A stretch of DNA of 62,901 nt, the filler included, from Rhabdomonas costata (taxonomy: Eukaryota), in the NCBI GenBank assembly GCA_019059605.1. It is 19 parts of 19 records of this genome, joined end to end, with 100 filler letters (N's around TTAATTAATTAA, not from the genome) between each part and the next. Parts side by side here need not be neighbours in the genome. Positions count along the whole stretch, not along the records: positions 23,189 to 26,397 come from JAHMHO010001174.1; positions 26,498 to 29,834 come from JAHMHO010001175.1; positions 29,935 to 33,144 come from JAHMHO010001176.1; 16 more parts are not named here. One strand, given 5' to 3'. The notes under the pieces are model-generated. The model saw nothing but the letters and a program-made list of their open reading frames with translations, had not been told where the DNA came from and ran no database searches. A program made the translations under genes and the position numbers. Positions within the stretch are counted from its first letter, which is position 1, and each line of letters starts with the position of its first letter. Positions 23,089-33,244 of the stretch are shown here, one piece after another.

Positions 23089-23397
23089 NNNNNNNNNNNN
23101 NNNNNNNNNNNNNNNNNNNNNNNNNNNNNNNNTTAATTAATTAANNNNNNNNNNNNNNNNNNNNNNNNNNNNNNNNNNNNNNNNNNNNTGTTGTTGTGGT
23201 GGCTGTTCTTATTTAAATTAGTATGCGGTACACTGAATTGAGGAAAGGGGAGGGGGGAGGTGCCAAGTAGCATAGACCTTAGGACCCGACATCTTCTGAT
23301 CGAAGCTTCGTTTTTTTGAAAGGAATGTGAGTTGAACGCTGCGCGCGGATGACCCCGGCTAGCATTCCCTGAAACAGAGGCAGAAAATGTAACAGAC

Positions 23398-24177
23398 CGC
23401 TCCGTAGGCTCGCAGTTCAATGCGATATTGCGCCGGAGCAGTGAGAGGAGTGGCGGGAGATCCGTGAGGAAAACCTTTGCCCCGGGAACCAGCCGGGCAA
23501 GCGCGATCCCGACAAATCCGCATCCTGCTCCTGCAGCAGCAAAGGGAAGAGACAGCGGTACAAACCTCCGCCTCCCTGACGTGGAGGGGGGTGGGGAGGA
23601 CAGTACTATCGCAGCTGTCAATTGGAAATGACTATACTTCCGATTTTCAATACAACCTCAATCACAACAATGTGTTTGCACGAAAGGCAGCACCGGAATG
23701 AGGCCTCACTTAAGAATGAGCATCTGCCGCGACCGAAAACAGGCAACACCAGTCTCCGACTCACACCAACAGAACAACAGAACGCGAAAAGCAGGCGTTT
23801 TCCCTCCAAACAATTTAAACAGAAAAACAGGATGAAAAGGGCGCCACGTTTTCGGCTCCTCAGACCTCACCAGGAAGAGATAAAATTGGCACTGATCAGA
23901 AAAGGCTCAGTGGCAAGAGTTCGTGATCTGCCTTTCCCGGTATGCGCGGGAAAGATGGTGTGTGGGGTCAAGGCACACCCAGCTCCACCACCACCTTGCC
24001 TGGAAGGAGGCCCAGCTTTCGGGCGTTGCGCTCAAAGAACTTCGCCAGAACCACCGCACTATCCCACACCCTCTTCGCACCGGTGCTGTCAACGGCCTCG
24101 TCGCAGAAGACCTGCACCGCAGCCGGACCTACCTCGCAACGGAACGCCTTCCCATCGGAAACAGCAAGGACATCCAT
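23398..24177 (-). CDS. METTL21/EEF1AKMT-like protein-lysine methyltransferase (Methyltransf_16), N-terminal part. Exons 24177-23979 and 23530-23398
   Basis: TGAKRVWDSAVVLA, motif I VVELGAGCGFVGIALA rebuilt across a phase-1 GT-AG intron, and VFLTDL...LLRRNIALN. Confidence 0.9.
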
Positions 24178-24851
24178 GAGTCTTACTCTGAACCTCTTTG
24201 CAGCTCAGTTTGCTCTGCAACGCCCTCTTGCAGTATCAGCGGGAAAAAGCACGGTGAAAGTGAACAGCAAATGGTAAAGTGGTCAAATGGAACCAACCAA
24301 GTTGCTCCTAATTGAAAAGAGACGGGAGGGAAACACTGGCTTCGCTGAAAAGAAACCAGAACAAGGGACTCGTGGGGTCGTCACATGTGTCTGTGTTTTA
24401 GTTTCATTTTTAGTGAGTTGGCAATCCTTCTTGCCTTCTCGCTGCAACCCCGGAAAAGTGGGAAGCATGCAGAACATCCAATTTACTAAAGCAGCTGCAG
24501 CTACACACCACAGCACACTGGTGCAAATAGATAACTGAGCTTTTTCTCTGCTCTGACGTTTCAGTGAATACCATCCTGTGGGAAAAACACAAGACCACCT
24601 CTTATTAATAAGTTAGGACTCCTATCGAAAACAAATCACATGCCACGCAGCAGGTGTGAGTGCGTGTGCGTGCAACTTGAAAAGGGTCCATGTGTAAATA
24701 CATAGCTCATCCTGTTAATCACAGACAAGGACGAAGCGGATGATATTCAAAAAAGCACTGAATGCAAAGGCAAGAAAAAGTTACCAAATTTCACGTCAGA
24801 GCAACCCAAGTGCACCAATCACAAAGCGTGCCCATTTCGTTACATAAGCGG

Positions 24852-26396
24852 TCAGAAGAAGGGAAGATGTACCCCATCTTCAAGATGGAGATCGGGGAAG
24901 TTTGGAGAACCTACAAGAGCTTGCGCTTCCTGCTCTTCAAAAAGGTTGCCCGAGATGTCCAAAGAAGTGAGCCTCGGGTAGCGGGCGGATTCCATTAGCG
25001 CCAGTAGCCCCTCTGATCCGATCCGATTTTCCGCAACATCCAATGAGGTGAGCCTCGTAAGGGAAGTTGATACCGCGAGAGCCCGAAGCCCTTCATCCTC
25101 AATTTCATTGCCCCAAGCACTTAGAGAAGTGAGCTTGCAAAATCTTGAACTTTCAGCTAGCATTCTCATCCCGGATGATCCGATCAGGTTTTCGGAGACA
25201 TCCAGAGAAGTGAGCGAGAGAGGTGCCGCTGAGGGAACAAGTAACTGAACCCCAGCCGCTCCTATCTGGTTGCCCGAGATGTCTAAGTGGGTGAGCCTCG
25301 AGAAATTAGTCCATTCCGCAAGTGCTTGCACACCACACGCCCCGAGCTCGTTGCCCCAAATGGTCAATGAAGAAAGCTTGGGGAAATTTGGCGAAGCCGT
25401 AAGTGCCAGTACACCCTCGGCCTTGATGCCGTTATTGGAGATGTCCAAAGTGGTGAGCTGAGAACACTGGGCAGCGGAGACAAACGTTTGGACTCCAGGA
25501 ACCCCGATCTGATTGGATGCAATGTCCAAGACGGAGAGGTTGGAAAAGATTGACGAGGAAGCAAGTACTCGGGAGCTGAGCACTCCCATTCCGTTGCCAT
25601 AAACACTCAGGTTACAAAGCGAGGGAAATCTTGTGGAGGCCAGCAGGTTTTGAACCCCCAAAGGTCCCAAATGACAGCCACTCAAATTCAATGAGGTTAA
25701 CCGGGAAAATTCGGATGAATCCGCAAGGGCTTGCACCCCCTCATCGCCAATATCGTTGCGCTTGAGGTCCAAAAAAGTAAGGTTGTGGGAAAAAGCTGAA
25801 CCTGCCAAGGCTTTCACCCCCGAACTACTAATTAGATTGCCCCAAACATTCAACGAAGTTAGCTTGGGGAAGTTCGGGGAGATGGCAAACGCTTGAAGGC
25901 CTTCATCCTGGATCTCGTTAGAGTTGACAGTCAAAAGGATGAGGTTGGGAAACCGTTTGGACTCAGCAAGCGCCTGCAGCCCGGAGTCTCCCATCTTGTT
26001 ACTCCCCGCGGTCAAGAGGGAAAGACTGGGAAAGCAAGTCGAAGCTGCCAAGGCGCGCCACCCTGCAGCCCCAACGCTGTTGAAGCTCAAGTGTAGTGCG
26101 GTGAGAGTGGGAAAGCACGACGAGGCCGAAAGGCGAGTAAGTCCAGCGTCATCAAGCTTGCTTCTGGAAACATCCAAAGTGTTGAGGTTGGAAAAGAATA
26201 GTGTACCTACCGGGGCGACCTGAGAGCCCGCCAATAGTAGCAACCCTGTCGTTCGCGGGTCCTTTACACAGACTTTGGTGAAGGAGCTGAAGATACGGAC
26301 GGGGACTTGTGCCCGCTCCGGAAGGGAGCTGTTAACTGGAAGACGGAAGGTCAGACACCATTCCGGCGCAAGCAGGGCGTCCACAACGGCACACAC
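24852..26396 (-). CDS. Leucine-rich repeat protein with about 16 tandem 27-aa RI-like LRRs, single long exon, 5' truncated
   Basis: 514-aa ORF of repeats such as FPKLTSLNVWGNLISSSGVKALAGSAF (LxxLxLxxNxIGxxGxxAL). Confidence 0.93.
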   Translation of the reverse strand: MCAVVDALLAPEWCLTFRLPVNSSLPERAQVPVRIFSSFTKVCVKDPRTTGLLLLAGSQVAPVGTLFFSNLNTLDVSRSKLDDAGLTRLSASSCFPTLTALHLSFNSVGAAGWRALAASTCFPSLSLLTAGSNKMGDSGLQALAESKRFPNLILLTVNSNEIQDEGLQAFAISPNFPKLTSLNVWGNLISSSGVKALAGSAFSHNLTFLDLKRNDIGDEGVQALADSSEFSRLTSLNLSGCHLGPLGVQNLLASTRFPSLCNLSVYGNGMGVLSSRVLASSSIFSNLSVLDIASNQIGVPGVQTFVSAAQCSQLTTLDISNNGIKAEGVLALTASPNFPKLSSLTIWGNELGACGVQALAEWTNFSRLTHLDISGNQIGAAGVQLLVPSAAPLSLTSLDVSENLIGSSGMRMLAESSRFCKLTSLSAWGNEIEDEGLRALAVSTSLTRLTSLDVAENRIGSEGLLALMESARYPRLTSLDISGNLFEEQEAQALVGSPNFPDLHLEDGVHLPFF

Positions 26397-27185
26397 ANNN
26401 NNNNNNNNNNNNNNNNNNNNNNNNNNNNNNNNNNNNNNNNNTTAATTAATTAANNNNNNNNNNNNNNNNNNNNNNNNNNNNNNNNNNNNNNNNNNNNCGG
26501 CAGAGGGGAGGGCACGCCACATTAATGAAAAGTTGGGCTCACGTTTGCGTGGAATTAAAGGCAGCCAGGTGATCAAAACACACGTGGTAGGGGGTGCGGG
26601 GGGCGCGGGTTGGCGCGTAGTACATGAAAGTAAAAGATTAAATTGTACTTTTATATACCAAAACAGACGGCGTTGTGGAATTCTAGTCGATTTTTTTAAG
26701 GGTGGGAGTAATGCATAAGAGGGGGGGGGGCTCTTGCGCAGTAGTATGCGTGTGGCGCCTGCCCGCAGCAAAAACATCGGGGGCAATATCGGGTGCCCGT
26801 ATTGAGCATATCAGGGGTGGGGGCGACGTAGGCTCCTCTTGATCCGACTGCTGCACCGAGCAAACACTTACACGTTCGACACTGAACCGTCGCCTTCCTT
26901 TAAAAAGATCAAGGAGATATTGGGGTTACCTAATCTGTGACTGTCTATCTGTGGTAAAAGTCCCCTTCCCGAAAAAAAAAAGACACAACACCGCCCATCC
27001 GCACCAAAAACAGGACAAACAGCAGGGGAAAAAGTAATGCTTAATTACAGCTCCCCTGAACCCTTCATGCCACATCGCTCCAAGGGGGCGCCAGTTTTTT
27101 TATGCACATTACGGATGTTTGGCAAATCTGACAACCAATACAACAACCCTCCACTGGAACGATGGCAGTGTTCGAGGGTAGGTTG

Positions 27186-27187
<2 letters not shown>

Positions 27188-27220
<33 letters not shown>
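27188..27220. repeat. (GT)n microsatellite
   Basis: Uninterrupted TG dinucleotide run. Confidence 0.95.
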
Positions 27221-27222
<2 letters not shown>

Positions 27223-27282
27223 GGTAGTTTAGTTACGTCGGCGAGAGAAAAGGCAGGAGACGGTGAGAAACGAGAGAGAGGC

Positions 27283-29652
27283 CTGCGGCTCGACAGCGTA
27301 CGGCACGGTGGCCAGGGTGGTCGAGAGCAGCCAGGGGTGCCGCAGGGCGTCGTGGGCGGAGGGCCGGAGGTGGCGGTCGGGTTCTAGCAGCAGCCTGCAG
27401 AAGCTCTTGGCCTGCTCCGAAATCCCGGCGAAGCGTGCGGGGGGGAAGAGCACGCCCTGGTCAATGCTCCGGATGTGGGCCCGGGCGTTGTGGCCGCGGA
27501 AGGGGAAGCATCCACCCAGCATGACATATACCACAACCCCTGTATGTGGAAAAAGAATGAAAAGGAAGAAAACCAGAGTCGAAATCCTAGGACAGGGGAA
27601 ATCAGGTTTTGCAAGACTCAAATGCAGTTCGCCGTAACAGGACTGTTGGATGCGCGTTTCCTTTCTCCATAGAGGCCCATGAAACTCGCGCTACATCGCG
27701 CAAAAAAAAATCTCAAAAAAGGGCTTACGCGTCTGAGATCATGAAGGAAGGTGTAAAGCTGTGGCCAGAAAAGAAATCCAAATCGCAAGAGTTTTTCTGG
27801 GGCACAAAACCTGTTTGGTTTGGTGCAGTAAGAAGGCTTCCGCTCAATAAAAGGTTCCAGAATAAGGCGCACTGAAAACGGCAATGAGCGCGACTGCAAG
27901 CATGACGCATTTTTGTCACAAGTATATCAAAATCAGAAGAAAAAATGAGATTATTCTTTTTTTATACAAAAATTTGATCAGCCACGAGAAAAAGGTCTAC
28001 TTGCTGGCACGCAACAGATTGACGGTACTCATCTGGGAGCAATACATTACGATTTTGCTTTTGGGGCCCTAACTGGAGTGTTGTGCGTAAATCAAGGGGT
28101 ATTAACGGAACATTACAATTCAGATCCTAGTGTCTTTCCTTGTTAAGTCGCTTCATCAATCGAGGGTGCGATGAAGTTTTGCAATTCATAAACCATCAAC
28201 TGCAGAAAAACCACCGACGCACCCAGGGCGAAAATGTCGAGCTTCGGCAGCTCCGCTCGGGCAGTGACCCGGGGGGCCTCCCCGTAGGTGTTGATCTGTC
28301 GCAGCATCTCCGGGGCCATGTACGGCACCGTTCCCTGAGGGGTGCTGCTGACCAGCGCGGTGCGGGTCATCGGAGTGGGGCACTCCGCGCACGGGGTCAT
28401 CATCCTAGGGACCCGCCATTGAAGCGATTCATGTGGGGTCAGAGGAGAGGAAGTGGGAGGGATATGAAATATCGCCGTGGACATGTTTCTTTCACCCGCT
28501 GAAAAAAATGATCGATGAATTGGCTTGGCTTGCCATGTTCCCAACAGCCGCAGGGAAGGTCCTTACCATTCATGCGGTCGCAATATGCCCTTGGCATCCC
28601 CAAAGCATCACCAAACGTTTGCTTTCAACTGGGTAAACGGGACTTTTCTCTCCCCGAAAAACCAGTCTAAAGACAAAACGTGTTCAAGTCTAAACACCAG
28701 CTCAGTATCCATTCGATGCTTTCTCGATCTATCTGAGGCTTCTGAGGATTCGAGGATAAGGTCTTGAGCGTTTTACATTGGGTGCCACTGCAATGAGAAC
28801 GAAGAGATCATATGTTTATTCTACAAAAAATAAGGGACTCATGTCAGCAACAAAAATGACAGCCAACGGAAATATTGCGTTGGCGGCAAGAGCACCCTTG
28901 CAGCTGTGCGACGGAAAGGACGTTGGGGGAAAAGTCCCCTCCTGTGGAGGCCACCGCGCCGAAGAATTTCGCGGAGCCAAAGTCAACCAGCTTCACCGTC
29001 ATCGTCGCAGGGTCAAGCAATATGTTCTGTGAGACGGCGACAACACAAGCGCGCCCGGGTCATACTGTAGAAAAAAACGGACAAGAGAAGAACGCGTTTT
29101 GGATGAGAAGAACGCATCACTGCGCCGCCGGCAGACGCCAACAACAGAAGAAGGAAAAGAACAAGCGAAAAACGATGTCGAGATTCGGCCGGGACCCGAA
29201 CAGGCCCCGGCCTCCGAAGGATCCGCAACAATCAGTCTAAGGTAGCTCGTTACTTCCCCCCCCATCCGGACTGTGACTGGTGCAAGGTTCATTTGTGGCG
29301 ACTCGAGTGGAGGGATTTGTATTTTGCACTTCGCAAGCTTAGCCATTGGGAACCCTTCCGACTGCTGAGTACTTTTGGCCCCAGCCATCGCCATTATACA
29401 CGATTGAACGCAGGTAACAAAAACAGGTTGCTTCTGACGGGAACACGAATAGGAAACAGAATGGCCTTTGAACAAGACCCACGCCGTGCGGTGCTGCGGT
29501 GTGACCTCTGGCTTTAGGTCGCGGTGGACAATGTGCACGTCGCGGTGAAGGTAGCTCACCGCAGTGAGGAGCTGCCGGGTGATCCGCACTGCGAGGGCCT
29601 CGGTGAGTGTCTTCTGCCTCGCAATCTCCTCAAAGAGATCCGTTCCGGCGGC
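27283..29652 (-). CDS. Ser/Thr protein kinase, CAMK-like, partial. Exons 29652-29506, 29026-28896, 28404-28223, 27539-about 27283
   Basis: GTDLFEEI, IVHRDLKPE|NILL, VKLVDFG, GTVPYMAPE, DIFALG|VVVYVMLGG..PF and RPSAHDALRHPWL, with consistent intron phases. Confidence 0.95.
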
Positions 29653-30007
29653 CTGATCCCCCCGTCCCCATGCACAGTTTTGTGAACGTCCCCCAATTGT
29701 ACAGCTCTGCGCCTTCTCGCCTTCCTTCAAGCGATAATGCGATGCGATGCGTAATATATTGCATTGGCAGCGGTACCATCTAATCCTCTCTCAGGCACTT
29801 CACTCACTGTCTTCCCCTCCAACACGCCAACACANNNNNNNNNNNNNNNNNNNNNNNNNNNNNNNNNNNNNNNNNNNNTTAATTAATTAANNNNNNNNNN
29901 NNNNNNNNNNNNNNNNNNNNNNNNNNNNNNNNNNGTGTTGGGTTTGACCACTTGGACTCAGCAGATCCGCAGAGTCCAAGTGGTCAAACCCAATCCCTTC
30001 CTTACAG

Positions 30008-30902
30008 GGCATGCCCCCGGAGATGAAGCAGGCCATCTTGAACGAGCAGGCCGCCCAGCGGGATGAGCTGCGGCGGCGCAAGGAGGCCGAGGCTCTGGAG
30101 GAAAAGGTCTGGGCCCAACAGAGTCAGAAGCTCTGGGAGCAGAGCCACAGCGAGGTATTGGGAGGGGGATCCTATGAATGCTCCATTCGTCTGCCGCCTC
30201 GCACGCTCAGAAACTATAATGAAGGGCTGCAGGCAGTTGATTTTTCGTTTGAATCTTAAATGGAAATGTAAGTTTTTTGTGGATGTTAGTTTTTGCCCCT
30301 TTGGTTTCGCACTGGTCGGCTTCGCATCCGAATCCAAGAAACTCTTGCCTCATAGCGTATGATTTTGCGGAAATCCCTCGACTCTTTCCGTTTCAAAAGA
30401 GTGGGACCACCTTCCAATCATCAGGGGCGGCAAGACACATTGGGTGCAGAATCTGTCCTGGGGCTTACTCCCAACCCGCTCCTTAAGCTCCGGCATCCTC
30501 CTCCATTTTTTTGGCTCCGCTTGACCTGCACCCATTAAAAATCGTTTGCGGTTTGCGTCGCTGGAAGGGGGGGGGGGCGAATCGACGCAATGGTGTTGGA
30601 CTTCGGGTGCCACGTTTTCACCCGACATCTCATGATTTTTATAGTGTCTCCCCTCCCCTTCAGTGGCTCAGTACCACACACGCCATTAGCTGGGTAGAAG
30701 AGTGGCGTTAGGTTTGCCTGTGTGGCGGTGTCTACAGCTCGCCTCCCGCGAAGCGATGCGCAAGGCGGCTGTCCAGCGATTGGTGGAGGAGCAGCAGCAG
30801 CAGGCCTCCGCAGCCGCTGCCCGAGCGAAGCGCCTCAACCAAACCTACGAGAACGATGTCACAGACGAGTGGTGGAGCAAGTTCAACACAACTTCGCGAT
30901 AG
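30008..30902 (+). CDS. RIB43A: RIB43A-family flagellar microtubule inner protein (RIBC1/2-like), last two exons 30008-30154 and 30738-30902
   Basis: GM.PE...I..EQ..Q repeat, coiled coil and the characteristic C-terminus Y.N......FNTTSR-stop. Confidence 0.85.
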
Positions 30903-31934
30903 AACCCCTCTACCCCTTCCAGCTCATCATGTTCATTTGTGCTGCAGGCTCTTCCCTTTGGAGTTGTTCCTCGCTTTGTTTCCGAGGATGTCTCCGTGTT
31001 TCCTACTCTCATTTGTAAAGTTTGTCTTACTGTTGTGTCCTATGCCCTTTTTCGTTCCGTTGTCATGTGCATGTGTGTGTGTTGTCTGGGCGTTTTTGTT
31101 GTGACTGCGATGGTGCTGCCAGACGCCTGTTCTGCGGTGGAGCAGGCACTTTGCGAGCACTTCTCAGTTGCTTTGTGTTACAGGTTCAGATGTTTCTGAG
31201 AAAGGATTTCCCGACCCCAATGTCCAGAGCGCGCTGCTACTGCGCGAAACATCACACCCGATGCGGCGCCATTCTTCGTCCCTTTGGTTGGACCCTTTCG
31301 CTGGTATTTGAGGAACAATTAGACGTTGGGTTGCTTCGGTGACTTCAGCAGTGCATACTGCGGCCTCTTGCCAGGTCAGCAAGGTGACAGTGACGATATC
31401 TCATTGTTTAACTTATTCTGCTTTCCCAGCTATCCTATTCCATTTACCCTTGTTGCAGGCTGGGTGACAAGAATGTCGGTCACTCCCTCTGAGCGAAAAT
31501 CTATGGGAAAGTACGCAACGCACAAGGGCATAAGCACGAGAGTGCAATCTGAGGTTTCAAACCACCCAGAGTAGTGGCGATATAGTGCTCATCTGTGTGT
31601 TGTGGCGCCTCATTGTGTGTGCATTTCAATTCTACTTATTGTTGGCAGCACTTTGATTTTTCTTGAATACAAGCATGCCAGGGCCGCAGCCTTTCCCTGC
31701 GGGTCAAAAGTACGTTTGCTTGTTTCTGTTCAGGTTCAGAGTATACGGGTCGTATAGCCTTCCGGCCTTTTGCCTCTGTCCGGTTGCTCAGCTCGTTCGC
31801 TCATTAGAGATTATGCGTACGGTTGCCCTTTAATGCCCTGGCCTGCAAAGATGCGGGTCCATAGGTCAACAAAGTATGGTTTATTCGCCTTTCATTTTGG
31901 TGCATCTGGATGTCTTTTTCTCTCCGGTTCCCAG

Positions 31935-32679
31935 GGCTTGGTCCAAAGCGAGCGTGGCCCGCTGTGCCGGGGTCAGGGTCCCTGAGGAGGACGTGGAGCT
32001 TGGCCCGGAGCAGCTGATTGAGTACCTCGCATACCTGCTGAACAGCCCAATGCGGGACAAGGCTCGGTACTTGAGCTCCCATCTAATTTATCTTGGTTTG
32101 GTTTGGCAATATGTATTTAGGCCGCGGTTAGCAGATATGCGCTATGTCCCTCGTTCGCAGCTTTTATAGCTGAAAGCGATTGGCGATGACCCATTGCGAA
32201 GAAAAGTGTATTTGGTTCTGGGATGTTTTGCGTTGGTGCATTATCACTGAGAGAGTTCCAAATTTCATACGGCGATTCGTGTTGATTGCGAACGAAATTC
32301 CCAATGCAGGTCCGTCCAGAAAGGCCCTGCGGCATGCGTATTCACCATTTGATTCCTGATCAATTCCTTTTTTCCCGGAAAATTGATTCTAATGAGGCGT
32401 CCGTCAATCAACCCTGTCACCTCGTTGTGAGAAGCCCACGAAGGCAGCCATCGCTGAGCTTTGGTGAAGTCCTCACAGCTGTGATTTGTGCTGAAACAAG
32501 TCTGCCTCGTATGCCCCTTCAGTGCGTTTCTGAGGGATCATGTCCACCTCGCCGTGGACTTGGACGGGGCCTCCCTCCTTCTGGACCACCCTCACTCCCC
32601 GGAGCCCGGTCCAGCGCCGGGTAGCCCTACACTGGGATCCCCCGTGGGCGCTTGCGCCTCTGCCCCAGCTCCTCCGCCT
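31935..32679 (+). CDS. Hypothetical protein fragment, two exons (about 31935-32066 and 32523-32679)
   Basis: GC3-rich segments bounded by AG/GT with matching phase 2. No family recognised. Confidence 0.45.
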
Positions 32680-32822
32680 GTGCACAGTCGCAGCCCTTTG
32701 CTGGGGTTTTCCAGCCTTGGAACCGTGCCCACGGCAGAGGAACGCGCGATGAACGTCTATCAACGGGCCTACTTGCATAGGTCCTGCAATCTGTGTCCGC
32801 CCGTACGCTGCTGTGTGATTGG

Positions 32823-33139
32823 GAGCCAAAATCGCGAAGGTGGGGGTAACGCGAACGTTGAACGTTGTCAATGTGCAAGTTTTGTTGGGGGGATAATAGT
32901 AAGCGACAAGGAGCGATCTTCTATTAATGCCCTAAAAGGTTTTCCGACTGCTTTGGGTCTTTCTTTGGTTATCTTTGATGATAATCCAACCCCCTTACAT
33001 CAAATCATTTTTGAGCTGCTGGCATCATTCCTAACCCTTCTAATGTCGATAAAATTTCAAAATTTTATGATCCACTTTACCCTTGCTAGCCGTTACCAGT
33101 GGTAACAGTTAACTACCCCCACCTTCGCGATTTTGGCTC
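32823..33139. mobile_element. MITE-like element with perfect 26-bp terminal inverted repeats
   Basis: gagccaaaatcgcgaaggtgggggta (32823-32848) is the exact reverse complement of 33114-33139. AT-rich interior with subterminal palindrome GTTACCAGTGGTAAC at 33092-33106. Confidence 0.7.
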
Positions 33140-33244
33140 ACAAANNNNNNNNNNNNNNNNNNNNNNNNNNNNNNNNNNNNNNNNNNNNTTAATTAATTAA
33201 NNNNNNNNNNNNNNNNNNNNNNNNNNNNNNNNNNNNNNNNNNNN

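Noticed and set aside
26498-29834. Contig about 127 nt longer than its size-sorted neighbours
   Set aside because: No discrete insert or duplication found; most likely post-sorting gap filling or polishing.
6034-30902. Genome-wide stop-codon reassignment
   Set aside because: TAG ends RIB43A at its conserved C-terminus, TGA ends the carrier, and no in-frame stops occur in conserved exons of Rpn11, GK or the kinase.
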